From Patescibacteria group bacterium (GTDB taxonomy: Bacteria; Patescibacteriota; Microgenomatia; UBA12405), in NCBI GenBank assembly GCA_038062455.1, contig JBBTXE010000001.1:381760-445759 (forward strand): 64,000 nt of DNA, read 5' to 3'. The notes beneath the pieces were generated by a model. That model saw only the letters and a list, made by a program, of their open reading frames with translations, was not told where the DNA came from and did not search any database. The position numbers and the translations under genes are program-made. Positions 16,179 through 25,205 of this stretch are shown piece by piece. The stretch's first letter is position 1; each line of letters opens with the position of its first letter.

Positions 16179-18803
16179 CTATGTCGTACCCGATCCTGTC
16201 GGGCTCAAAACCGGAGCAGGGGATAAAGTCGGCACTAAAGTTGGTGTCGGAGTCGGGGTTTGAGTCGGAGTCGGGGAGGGGACCCAATCCCAAGGCTTAT
16301 TCACCCCGATTTTTATCTCTCTCTCATTCGAATTTCCGTCCTTATCCGTCGCCTTGACTTTAATGGTGTATAAACCCTCAACTAAATCCAAACGCGTTTC
16401 ATAAGGCCTCTCTGTCCAGGTCTTAAATTCCTCCCCATTCACCCACAATTTTACTTCGGTAATTTTTTTGAGAGAATTAGTACCGATTTTAACATCAAAA
16501 CTACTACCCTGCGTCGAATGATCCCCGGGAGCATCAATATTTACCACCACCTGACCCCCTCCCCGGCAATAATCAGCTGGAGGATTATATTTATCCTTAT
16601 CTCCCTGCTGATTAATCCAAGAATCAATTCCTTCCTGCCATCGGTTTTTACCGTCAGTCGACACCGGATCAGTTTCGACAAATCTAAAATACTCTTTTTC
16701 ATCAAAACTGCCGTTAGCTACATCTTCAGGTGTGGCTAAGCCGGCCTTGTCCAGACACACTTTTAACTTCAGATGAATTAAATCCGGCCCGTTGGGTTGA
16801 GTTCCGTCAATAAAATATTCGGACCTGCTGGGGAAACTGTCATGGGCCGCCCACCCGGAAACCCGATCCACCTCAACGCTTACTATTTTATCCGGAATCG
16901 GGAAGTCCTGCTTGTTTCGAGAAGGCAATGTCGACAACATAATTTTTCGCCAAATCGGCGATGCTCCTGATACCCCTGAAGCTACCTTACCCATGGGTGA
17001 ATTATCGTTGTTACCCACCCAAACTACCGACAATAAATTCGGCGTCCAGCCGATGGTCCAATTGTCTCGCTTATCATTAGTCGTTCCGGTTTTCACCGCT
17101 ACCGAATAATTTGGGATTACTAAACTATTAACTGCTCCGAAAGTAATCTCCCTGGCTGAATTATCAGCCAGTATATTGGAAATAATAAAGGCCTCCTGTG
17201 GAGTCATTACCGCTTTTCCGTCAACCGACCGATACTCCTCCAACACCCGCCCCTTGGAATCTTCTACCTTCAATACCCCTAAAGGCTCCACCTTCTCACC
17301 CCAGTTGGCGAAAGCCGAATAGGCCACTCCCATATCAATCATTCGAACATCAGCTCCGCCTAAAGTTACCGACAAACCATAACGGCGTAAATTTTCTGCT
17401 GTTGGCTCCAGGGTCGACAGCCCCATTTCATATGCTTGTCTCAACATGTTTACCAAACCCACCCGCGCCAATGTTTTTACCGCCGAAATATTTATAGAAT
17501 TACCCAAAGCTGTCCGTAAACTCAAAGGACCGATATATTTCCCGGTATAATTTTGGGGAGAATAATCTTTTAAGGCCGCGTTCGACGCGGGAAAAATCAC
17601 CGGTGTATCCATAATTAAAGACGACGCCGTATAACCTTTTTTTATCGCCGTCAAATAAGTGATCGGCTTTATCGCCGATCCCGGCTGACGTAAAGCTTGA
17701 GTGGCTACATTAAATTTGCCGTCAGTTTTGGTCGAAAAGTAATCCCGGCTTCCCACCATCGCCAATATTTGGCCGTTAGTCGGGTCAATCACTATCGCCG
17801 CCCCGTTGCTAAAACCCAATTTTTCCCCCTTATCCACTTCTTCGCTAACGATTTTTTGGGTTTCCCTCTGTATTTTTAAATCCAAAGTCGTCGTAATTTT
17901 TAGACCCCCGCCCTCTACTAAATCTTCTCCATATTTTTTAGCTAATTCGTCCTTAATCCAAAAAATAAAATGAGGCGCCAGTAGTTGACTTTTGTTTTCA
18001 AAAAATTTATAACCCTTAATCTCTGGCATTGTTTCCTTTTTTTGGTCCTCAGTTATATAACCGTCCTCCACCATTCGGGTCAGGACATGCTCACTTCGGG
18101 CGATATAAGCTGTCGGGGTTTTGGAAAAAGGGGAATAGGCATTAGGTCGTTGAGGTAAACCGGCCAATATCACCGATTCGGCAAAATTTAAATCCTTGGC
18201 TGCCTTGCCAAAATACTGTTCACTCCCGGCCCCCACTCCCCAAGCCGAACCCCCATACGGGGCTTCGTTTAAATACATTAGCAGAATCTCATCTTTTTTG
18301 TATCTGGCTTCAATTTGAACTGCCAAAATAAATTCCTTTATTTTTCGGGTAATACTTACCTCTGAAGTTAACAAAACATTCTTTACTAGTTGCTGGGTCA
18401 GCGTCGATCCTCCCGTTAACTTACGAAAATAAAAAAGATTTTTAATAATCCGAAACGGCGTCAAAGGATCAAAACCCCGGTGCTTATAAAACTCTTTGTC
18501 CTCAACCGCAATTGTCGCTTTTTTAAAAAATTCCGGCACGTCCTCCCAAAGCACCGGCGTTCTTTTGGCATCCTTATAAACATCATAAATAAGCTCCCCG
18601 TTTCGATCATATATCCGGCTCGTGTACCCTTCCCGTCTGACCACCTTAATCGGACTGGGTAAATCTTTGGAAAACCAGACAAAGAGTCCCACTACCGCCA
18701 CCAATCCCGCCCCGATTGACACCAACAACAGCCAAAAAAAGCCATACCAATTTATTTTTTTTATCAGACTTTGCCAGCAACAACTAAAATAAATTTTTGT
18801 CAT
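16179..18803 (-). CDS. penicillin-binding protein 1A (bifunctional GT51 transglycosylase / transpeptidase) with a C-terminal Big-like + Pro/Thr-rich extension
   Basis: N-terminal TM helix. The GT51 region has EDKEFYKHRGFD and RKIKEFILAVQIE. The transpeptidase has the SxxK motif (GSAIKP), an SxN-like motif and KTGTTND. The C-terminal ~200 aa are extra, including a PSPTPTQTPTPTPT tract. Confidence 0.85.
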   Translation of the reverse strand: MTKIYFSCCWQSLIKKINWYGFFWLLLVSIGAGLVAVVGLFVWFSKDLPSPIKVVRREGYTSRIYDRNGELIYDVYKDAKRTPVLWEDVPEFFKKATIAVEDKEFYKHRGFDPLTPFRIIKNLFYFRKLTGGSTLTQQLVKNVLLTSEVSITRKIKEFILAVQIEARYKKDEILLMYLNEAPYGGSAWGVGAGSEQYFGKAAKDLNFAESVILAGLPQRPNAYSPFSKTPTAYIARSEHVLTRMVEDGYITEDQKKETMPEIKGYKFFENKSQLLAPHFIFWIKDELAKKYGEDLVEGGGLKITTTLDLKIQRETQKIVSEEVDKGEKLGFSNGAAIVIDPTNGQILAMVGSRDYFSTKTDGKFNVATQALRQPGSAIKPITYLTAIKKGYTASSLIMDTPVIFPASNAALKDYSPQNYTGKYIGPLSLRTALGNSINISAVKTLARVGLVNMLRQAYEMGLSTLEPTAENLRRYGLSVTLGGADVRMIDMGVAYSAFANWGEKVEPLGVLKVEDSKGRVLEEYRSVDGKAVMTPQEAFIISNILADNSAREITFGAVNSLVIPNYSVAVKTGTTNDKRDNWTIGWTPNLLSVVWVGNNDNSPMGKVASGVSGASPIWRKIMLSTLPSRNKQDFPIPDKIVSVEVDRVSGWAAHDSFPSRSEYFIDGTQPNGPDLIHLKLKVCLDKAGLATPEDVANGSFDEKEYFRFVETDPVSTDGKNRWQEGIDSWINQQGDKDKYNPPADYCRGGGQVVVNIDAPGDHSTQGSSFDVKIGTNSLKKITEVKLWVNGEEFKTWTERPYETRLDLVEGLYTIKVKATDKDGNSNEREIKIGVNKPWDWVPSPTPTQTPTPTPTLVPTLSPAPVLSPTGSGTT
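17576..17590. repeat. ccgcgttcgacgcgg 15-mer (family P3) inside the PBP1A coding sequence
   Basis: Identical 15-mer also at 52874-52888 and 54135-54149. Encodes ..ASNAA.. on the minus strand. Confidence 0.8.
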
Positions 18804-18935
18804 TTAATCAATGCTCCCAAAAAGGGGATCATTCCTGACAATAATAGAGACAGTGAAGCCACTACCAATATAATAGTTCTTATTTGCTTCTTTTTAAACC
18901 GTATTAGTCTCATTAAATAATGATAACATGGGAAA

Positions 18936-20921
18936 ATGCCCTCTCTGGAAACCCTCAAAGGAATTGGTCCAAAAAGTGTCCTTTACCTTCAAAAAATGGG
19001 GATTTTTACACCCAAAGAACTTCTCTTTCATTTTCCTCACCGATACCTTGATTTTTCTCACTTCATTAAAATAAAAGATTTAAAAACCGACACTTTGGTT
19101 ACTGTCAAAGGGACCATTACTTCCTTTCAAAATATCTTTACTCGCCAAAGAATTAATCTCCAAAAGGCTACCCTCAAAGATAACACCGGGGAGCTAAATC
19201 TTATTTGGTTTAATCAACCCTACCTCTCAAAAACACTTAAACCCGGTAAAATCACTCAAGTCGCCGGTCAGGTTGGTCTCTTTCAAAACCGTCCCGCCCT
19301 GATTTCCCCCCGCATCAGTCTAAACGCCACCGGTAAAATTCTGCCTATCTACCCGGCTTCCATCCGTCTAAGTTCCGCCGTCTTATCAAAAATATTAACT
19401 GCCAATCTGGGTTATCTTTTGGCCGATATCGCCGACCCCTTACCCCCAAAAATACTTCAAAAATTTTCACTCCTACCTCTTGGGGACGCTCTTTCGGAAA
19501 CCCACCAACCTTCCTCAATTAAGCTTCTCTCCCTTGCCCAAAATCGCCTTAAAATCGACGAATTCCTGTCTCTTTTGGCATTCAGTCTCGATCAAAAAGT
19601 AAAAACCTCATTCTTATCTCCTGCCTTCATTTTAAAAAACAAAAACAAAGTTGACACTCTCATCAATAAACTTCCCTTTAAACTCACTCCTTCCCAATCT
19701 CAAGCCTGGCAGGAACTAAAAAATGACCTTCTCTCCGCTACCCCCTGCCACCGTCTTCTTGGCGGCGATGTCGGCTCGGGTAAAACCATTATTGCCATTT
19801 TAGGCTGTTACCTTAGTCACCTCAATGGCTTTCAAAGCCTTTATTTAGCTCCCACCGAAATATTGGCCCGTCAGCATCTAATTACTTTTAATAAATTTCT
19901 TCCCCAACTTCCAGTCAAACTTCTCACTTCAAAAAATAAAATAAAAAATATCGCCAAAAATGCCATCATTATCTCCACTCACGCCGCCCTCTACCTTCCT
20001 AAAAATTCTTTCCGGAAACTCGCTTTTTTAGTCGTTGACGAACAGCATAAATTCGGAGTCGAGCAGCGCAATTTCTTCAGTCATTCCCGCGAAAGCGGGA
20101 ACCCATCCAACCCCCACACCCTCACCATGACCGCTACCCCCATTCCCCGAACCCTGTCTCTCACCCTCTTTGGCCATCTTGACATTTCTCGCCTGGAAAT
20201 TCTACCCTCCCGAAGACAGGTGACCACCTTTTTTGTCCCCCAGCCAAAAATCAGCACCTGTTATCAATGGCTGGACAAACATCTTAAAACAACCGGGCAA
20301 CAGGCCTTTTTTGTCTGCCCTTTCATTGCCGATTCCGACACTCAAACCAACGTCAAGTCAGCCAGCTCCGAGTTTGCCAACTTAAAAAACATCTTTCCTA
20401 AACTGCGGCTGGAACTCCTTCATAGTCAAATTAAAAGTGAGACGAGAGACAAAATCATGTCAAATTTCACTTTAGGTAAAATTGATATCTTAGTCTCCAC
20501 CCCGATTATTGAAGTCGGCATCGATTTCCCCAATGCTGCGGTTATAATAATTCAATCAGCCGACCGTTTTGGTCTGGCCTCCCTTCACCAACTTCGCGGC
20601 CGGGTCGGCCGAAGTTCTAAAAAATCTTACTGTTTTCTTTTAAGTAATAACCCTAAAAAAATTGCCCAAGACCGGCTTTCTTTTATGGAAAATCACCATA
20701 ACGGCTTAAAAATCGCCGAATACGACCTTAAAAATAGGGGACCGGGTGAAATCTATTCCACCCTCCAGCACGGTTTTCCCTCTCTCAATTTAGCCACCAT
20801 CGATGACCTCGACACCCTGTCTCTCTCCCAAAAAATCTTTGAAAGTCTAAAAGCAATTCCCGGTTTTAACCCCCAAAAATTAATCACCCACTCAACTAAT
20901 ACTAAAATATCGATAAATTAG
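18936..20921 (+). CDS. recG: ATP-dependent DNA helicase RecG
   Basis: LKGIGPKSVLYLQKMGIFT is a helix-hairpin-helix-like N-terminus. GDVGSGKT is Walker A, VVDEQHKFGV is the DEQH box, and LRGRVGRS is motif VI. Confidence 0.85.
   Translation: MPSLETLKGIGPKSVLYLQKMGIFTPKELLFHFPHRYLDFSHFIKIKDLKTDTLVTVKGTITSFQNIFTRQRINLQKATLKDNTGELNLIWFNQPYLSKTLKPGKITQVAGQVGLFQNRPALISPRISLNATGKILPIYPASIRLSSAVLSKILTANLGYLLADIADPLPPKILQKFSLLPLGDALSETHQPSSIKLLSLAQNRLKIDEFLSLLAFSLDQKVKTSFLSPAFILKNKNKVDTLINKLPFKLTPSQSQAWQELKNDLLSATPCHRLLGGDVGSGKTIIAILGCYLSHLNGFQSLYLAPTEILARQHLITFNKFLPQLPVKLLTSKNKIKNIAKNAIIISTHAALYLPKNSFRKLAFLVVDEQHKFGVEQRNFFSHSRESGNPSNPHTLTMTATPIPRTLSLTLFGHLDISRLEILPSRRQVTTFFVPQPKISTCYQWLDKHLKTTGQQAFFVCPFIADSDTQTNVKSASSEFANLKNIFPKLRLELLHSQIKSETRDKIMSNFTLGKIDILVSTPIIEVGIDFPNAAVIIIQSADRFGLASLHQLRGRVGRSSKKSYCFLLSNNPKKIAQDRLSFMENHHNGLKIAEYDLKNRGPGEIYSTLQHGFPSLNLATIDDLDTLSLSQKIFESLKAIPGFNPQKLITHSTNTKISIN
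20084..20102. repeat. ttcccgcgaaagcgggaac hairpin-palindrome (family P2) in frame inside recG
   Basis: Identical, including flanks (tcattcccgcgaaagcgggaacc), to the copy at 40821-40839 in a pseudopilin leader region. Encodes HSRESGN in recG. Confidence 0.8.
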
Positions 20922-20934
20922 TTATAATAACCCC

Positions 20935-21087
20935 ATGACTGCACTACCTAAACATTGGCCATCCAGTCGTCGTCAGGGACGCCGCCGAGCCACTATTACC
21001 GGCCCCAAGCTTGCCTCTATCACTACCTGTAAACATTGCGGTCAGGTTAAACGGCCTGGCTTCCTTTGTCAAAACTGCCATCAGTGA
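20935..21087 (+). CDS. rpmF: 50S ribosomal protein L32 (50 aa; below the ORF-track size cutoff)
   Basis: Translates to MTALPKHWPSSRRQGRRRATITGPKLASITTCKHCGQVKRPGFLCQNCHQ. The K..S..RRxxRRA...CxxCG...P...C..C pattern fits L32. Confidence 0.7.
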   Translation: MTALPKHWPSSRRQGRRRATITGPKLASITTCKHCGQVKRPGFLCQNCHQ

Positions 21088-21461
21088 AAAGCAAACTTGA
21101 TCCCCGCCATCAAAAAAGAATCAGCCTTTTTAAATATTTATTTGCCTGGGAATCGGTTAAACTTCCGCCCAGTCTGAAAATTGCCCTGATAGTCAGAAAA
21201 ATGCCCGACATTGATGCTATCGTTGCTCTTCACGCCCCCAAATGGCCGGTCGATAAAATCAACCGGGTTGATCTCTCTGTTCTTCGTCTGGCCATCTTTG
21301 AACTCCTTTTTTCCCAGCACTCCGTCCCGCCAAAGGTGATTATCGATGAGGCCATCGAAATCGGTAAAGAATACGGCAATGAATCATCCGGTTCTTTCAT
21401 TAATGCCGTTTTAGGATCAATATTAAAGGACAAAAATGACTCTCCCAAAAACCAATCTTGA
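21084..21461 (+). CDS. nusB: transcription antitermination factor NusB (the ORF track starts at TTG 21066; GTG 21084 would overlap the rpmF stop as GTGA)
   Basis: LDPRHQKRISLFKYLFAWE fits the NusB N-terminus. VDLSVLRLAIFELLF...VIIDEAIEIGKEYGNESSGSFINAVLGSI fits the C-terminus. Confidence 0.7.
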   Translation: MKSKLDPRHQKRISLFKYLFAWESVKLPPSLKIALIVRKMPDIDAIVALHAPKWPVDKINRVDLSVLRLAIFELLFSQHSVPPKVIIDEAIEIGKEYGNESSGSFINAVLGSILKDKNDSPKNQS

Positions 21462-22137
21462 TACCCTCCAAAAAATTCTTAAAGTAAAATTCCGAAATCC
21501 CGCCTTCTTAGATCAGGCCCTAATTCATCGCAGTAGTCTTAATGAATTTAAAAACGAATTCCCGGAGTCAAACGAAAGATTTGAATTTTTAGGCGATGCC
21601 GCCCTCGAACTGTGGTCCTCGACCGTTCTTTTTTCCAAATTTCCCCAATTAGCTGAAGGTGAACTGACCAACCTCCGCAGCCTCATCGTCCGTACCGAAA
21701 ATCTGGCTTCGGTAGCCTCCGAATTAAATCTAGGCTCTTTTCTCTATCTTAGTCGGGGTGAAGAAACCCATGGCGGCCGGCAAAACATTTCCATTTTGGC
21801 CGACAGTCTCGAAGCCCTAATCGGCGCCGTTTATCTTGATAGAGGCTTTACCGCCACCTGTAAAATGCTTGAACGAATTTTTACCCAAAGTATAGAAAAA
21901 CTCTCCGCCAAACCTCACTACAAAGACCCCAAAAGTCTGTTTCAGGAAATTGCCCAAGCCCAAGAGGGAGTTACCCCCCAGTATCAGGTTATTTCCGAAA
22001 CCGGTCCCGACCATAATAAAATTTTCGAGGCCGGTGTTTATATCAAAGATAAATTATTAACCTCCGGCATTGGCAACTCCAAACAAAAAGCCGAAGAGGC
22101 CGCCGCCATTAACGCCATTAAAATTTTTAAGGTATAA
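21436..22137 (+). CDS. rnc: ribonuclease III
   Basis: ERFEFLGDAALELWSST is the RNase III signature ERLEFLGDA. A C-terminal dsRBD ends ...KQKAEEAAAINAIK. Confidence 0.9.
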   Translation: MTLPKTNLDTLQKILKVKFRNPAFLDQALIHRSSLNEFKNEFPESNERFEFLGDAALELWSSTVLFSKFPQLAEGELTNLRSLIVRTENLASVASELNLGSFLYLSRGEETHGGRQNISILADSLEALIGAVYLDRGFTATCKMLERIFTQSIEKLSAKPHYKDPKSLFQEIAQAQEGVTPQYQVISETGPDHNKIFEAGVYIKDKLLTSGIGNSKQKAEEAAAINAIKIFKV

Positions 22138-22145
22138 TTCCTCCT

Positions 22146-22451
22146 ATGCTCAAAATAAAACTAAAACCAAACGGTAAAATTCATCAACGTTCCTTTCGGG
22201 TTGTGGTGGCCGAAGATCGCAGTAAAAGCAATGGTAAATTTATTGCCGATCTCGGCTTTTACACCCCTCAAACAAAAACTCTAAACCTAGATAAGGAGAA
22301 ACTAGCCGCCTGGATTAAAAACGGGGCCCATCTTACTGCCGGGGTTGACAAATTATTAAATCCTGAAAAATATCCCAATAAAATCAAAAAAAAACCGGTG
22401 GTCAAATCAGAACCTAAACCAGAAACAAAAGTCGAAACTCCCGTAGCTTAA
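22146..22451 (+). CDS. rpsP: 30S ribosomal protein S16 with a Lys-rich tail
   Basis: MLKIKLKPNGKIHQRSFRVVVAEDRSKSNGKFIADLGFYTP matches the S16 N-terminus. Confidence 0.85.
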   Translation: MLKIKLKPNGKIHQRSFRVVVAEDRSKSNGKFIADLGFYTPQTKTLNLDKEKLAAWIKNGAHLTAGVDKLLNPEKYPNKIKKKPVVKSEPKPETKVETPVA

Positions 22452-22469
22452 TTAAATTATACTTAATAC

Positions 22470-22718
22470 TTGATACGTAATACTATGAACTCAATCACCG
22501 ATGCCGCCAGTTACTTAATTAAGGCTATTTTACCTCCCGAAGCCAAAGTTGAAGTTAATACCCGCGAAGAAAACGGTACCATTATCATCGAAATTACTGC
22601 CATGTCGGAATATATTGGCCAGCTTATCGGTAAAGAAGGCAAGATTATCAAGTCCATCCGAACCCTTTTAAACCTGTCCTTTCCTGACCAAAAATATCTT
22701 TTGGAAATCAAGGAATAA
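22470..22718 (+). CDS. KH-domain RNA-binding protein (YlqC/UPF0109-like), canonical partner of rpsP
   Basis: IIIEITAMSEYIGQLIGKEGKIIKSIRTLLN has a KH-fold GxxG-type pattern. The alternative ATG is at 22485. Confidence 0.6.
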   Translation: MIRNTMNSITDAASYLIKAILPPEAKVEVNTREENGTIIIEITAMSEYIGQLIGKEGKIIKSIRTLLNLSFPDQKYLLEIKE

Positions 22719-23463
22719 AAAAAGGATCGCTCCGCTCGTAGGGTTTATACCGCCCCTCCGTACCTTCTATATTTTCCGCCTCAAAAGCTTTAAACCCTTT
22801 TATAGTTGATAGCAGCGTCGATTCTTTATCTGAAAGGATCATCTCCTTTAAGCTAAGTGTTTCGATTTTTATTTTATTTGACTCCGGTTGAAAATAGGCC
22901 GATACCCTAATATCAATCGTGGCAATCTCACCGCTTGTCTTCATATCAAAACTATCAATCGACAATACCGGTAAACTTTTTTCCAAACCCTCGATCAATT
23001 CTAAATATTTTTCCTTTGGTCCGCTTAATACCAATTGCACCGGTACTTTTTCAAAACCTATTTCTTTTTGATTTACGTCCTGCTTTTTTACCTCACCTAA
23101 ACTCACCGAAAAATCACTAACCTGATAACCAGAATTTTCCGATATCCTCCGGATAATTTTTACCAACAAATACGAGTTTTTCTCCGGCATCACCCCGCTA
23201 CTCAGTAAACTGACACTGGCATTCAATTCATTCTGGTCAATTGACATAAAATACTTTCTTTTCTCTATCACCTCCTGCGTTGTCTTTCTCACTTCCATCA
23301 CCTGTTTTACTATTTCACTTATATTGGATATCTTTGGCCTTATCACCCCTAAAAACGTTAACAATAGAGCCATCAGCACCAAACCCGGAACTACCCACAG
23401 CACCAACAAATTTGTATCCACTCCAAAAACCTTATCCGGTAAATTTAGTTTTATTTTGCTCAT
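22708..23463 (-). CDS. type IV pilus assembly protein PilO-like (N-terminal TM + coiled coil + periplasmic domain)
   Basis: Topology and position downstream of pilM/pilN. No sharp motif. Confidence 0.4.
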   Translation of the reverse strand: MSKIKLNLPDKVFGVDTNLLVLWVVPGLVLMALLLTFLGVIRPKISNISEIVKQVMEVRKTTQEVIEKRKYFMSIDQNELNASVSLLSSGVMPEKNSYLLVKIIRRISENSGYQVSDFSVSLGEVKKQDVNQKEIGFEKVPVQLVLSGPKEKYLELIEGLEKSLPVLSIDSFDMKTSGEIATIDIRVSAYFQPESNKIKIETLSLKEMILSDKESTLLSTIKGFKAFEAENIEGTEGRYKPYERSDPFFIP

Positions 23464-24029
23464 TAAAGTTTAACCTCTAAATCAACCGTCCAACCACTGT
23501 CGGACTTGGAATAACTCACTCCCGAAATCTTGGCTCGTTTTACCCCTTCTTCCATTCCGGAATTTATTTCCTCGACTCTCTTTTCCACCTCATCTAAAAG
23601 TTCCCCGCGATTTACTAAAAGTGTCAACATAAATACCGCCCTGTCTTTCAAAACAAAATCTTTAATGACCACCTTATCTGAAAACAATTTTCCCACTTTG
23701 GAAAACGCTTCATAATATTCAAATCTGTCAATTAAAACCTTTTCCAGAAACTTGGCTCTGTATTTAATTAATTGACTTGTCACCACACCATCCGAAATCG
23801 ACAAAAAAGAATTCAATTCTTTTTGATATTTAGCCTTTTCCATCGTCAACCACCACCTGCTCCCCAACCAAGCCGCCAACGCCAACACCGCCGCCGACAG
23901 CCAGATTATAGCCGCAATTGTGGTAATCTTTCTGGCCAACAGTTTCATCCTCATCCGAGCCGCCTGAAACTTGGCCCGACTCGGCATTAAATTCAAATCC
24001 GCTTTTGTTTTGTTCCCGCTCATTGCCAC
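23463..24029 (-). CDS. pilN: type IV pilus assembly protein PilN
   Basis: ADLNLMPSR is a PilN-like NLLP motif, followed by a single TM helix and a periplasmic domain. Overlaps the pilM stop. Confidence 0.55.
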   Translation of the reverse strand: MAMSGNKTKADLNLMPSRAKFQAARMRMKLLARKITTIAAIIWLSAAVLALAAWLGSRWWLTMEKAKYQKELNSFLSISDGVVTSQLIKYRAKFLEKVLIDRFEYYEAFSKVGKLFSDKVVIKDFVLKDRAVFMLTLLVNRGELLDEVEKRVEEINSGMEEGVKRAKISGVSYSKSDSGWTVDLEVKL

Positions 24030-25045
24030 CCTCTTAAAGCCAAACCGGTAGCCAAAGAAAACCGATAAGCATCTAAATTTAAATCAATTGGAGCTACCAC
24101 CCGGGAAACATCAATTTTTAAAAAGGGCGCTACTACCTGAACTTCCACCCCTAACACTCTGGTCAGCTCTTCGGCCAAACCCGGCATTTTCGCTCCTCCG
24201 CCGCTAAGCATTAATAAATCAACCGGCTTATTAAAACTCTCGGTATACAAAGCCATTGCCCGTCTAATTTCTTCGGCCATACTTCCAAACACCGGCATGA
24301 TCGCATTTTTTATTTTACCCTCCAGCTCCATTTCCCGAATCCCATAGGCCTTTTTGTATTCTTCGGCCGAGGCCATATCCAATCCCAAATTTACCGAAAT
24401 CGCCCGGGTAATCGATTCCCCCCCAATCGGCAACGACCTGGCAAAAAAAATGTTTCCCTTGTTAAAACTGATAATATCGGAAAATTTTTCCCCGATATCA
24501 AACATCATCACTGATTCAGCGCTTACTCCCATCTGATTAATAAGTCTTCGGGCCGACACCGCCGGCGACTCGATTGCCGCCATTTCCAATCCCGCCATTT
24601 TGAATAATTTAATGTAAGCCGCAATTAAATCATTTCTGGCCGCAATGGCAAATACAGTTAATCTGCCGGCGTCATCGGTTTCCATCACCTCATAATCAAT
24701 CAGTACCTGATCCAAAGGATAGGGGACAAAGGTCTCGGCTTCAAATTTCAGAGCATCACCAATTTCGTTTTCTTTTAGGGGCGGCAGAGACACTAATCGG
24801 GAAACTACCTCATTTTCCGGCAAGGAAGCCACTACCTGCCGCTTGTCCACCTTTAATTCTTTTAGAAGGTTTTTTAGCACCTTAGCTACCTCCTCCATCG
24901 CCTTTTTACCTCCGGTTTTATACCAATCCAGCCGGGGAGTTTTAGCCTCACCGATTAAATCCAAAAAATAGCTTTCCCCGTTCCGGCTCAAAGCCACCAC
25001 TTTAATACTCCCCATCCCTAAATCAATTCCCACCACACTATTCAT
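24020..25045 (-). CDS. pilM: type IV pilus assembly ATPase-fold protein PilM
   Basis: VVGIDLGMGSIKVVAL is an actin-like phosphate-1 motif at the N-terminus. The protein is 341 aa, typical of PilM/FtsA-like proteins. Confidence 0.7.
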   Translation of the reverse strand: MNSVVGIDLGMGSIKVVALSRNGESYFLDLIGEAKTPRLDWYKTGGKKAMEEVAKVLKNLLKELKVDKRQVVASLPENEVVSRLVSLPPLKENEIGDALKFEAETFVPYPLDQVLIDYEVMETDDAGRLTVFAIAARNDLIAAYIKLFKMAGLEMAAIESPAVSARRLINQMGVSAESVMMFDIGEKFSDIISFNKGNIFFARSLPIGGESITRAISVNLGLDMASAEEYKKAYGIREMELEGKIKNAIMPVFGSMAEEIRRAMALYTESFNKPVDLLMLSGGGAKMPGLAEELTRVLGVEVQVVAPFLKIDVSRVVAPIDLNLDAYRFSLATGLALRGWQ

Positions 25046-25165
25046 AGATTCAGTATAACAAACACGGCAGATCTTTTACTGGCCCGATTAAGAACAATTT
25101 TAGTTTCTTTGGCCATGTCCACATCCTAACGGACTGTCATATATTTACGGAAACATACAGCTGTC

Positions 25166-25195
25166 TTGACAAAGAAGGGAAGTTCAAACTACAAT
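25166..25195 (+). promoter_or_regulatory. sigma70-like promoter TTGACA-N18-TACAAT driving the radical-SAM cassette (mRNA nearly leaderless)
   Basis: Exact consensus -35 (25166-25171) and near-consensus -10 TACAAT (25190-25195). The ATG follows at 25206, ~10 nt downstream. Confidence 0.45.
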
Positions 25196-25205
25196 ACTTA
25201 ATCTA

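Noticed and set aside
20581-20600. A further GC palindrome ggccgggtcggcc in recG
   Set aside because: It has a 5-bp stem only and encodes the conserved RecG motif VI region LRGRVGRS, so it is explained by protein-level conservation and GC-rich Arg/Gly codons.
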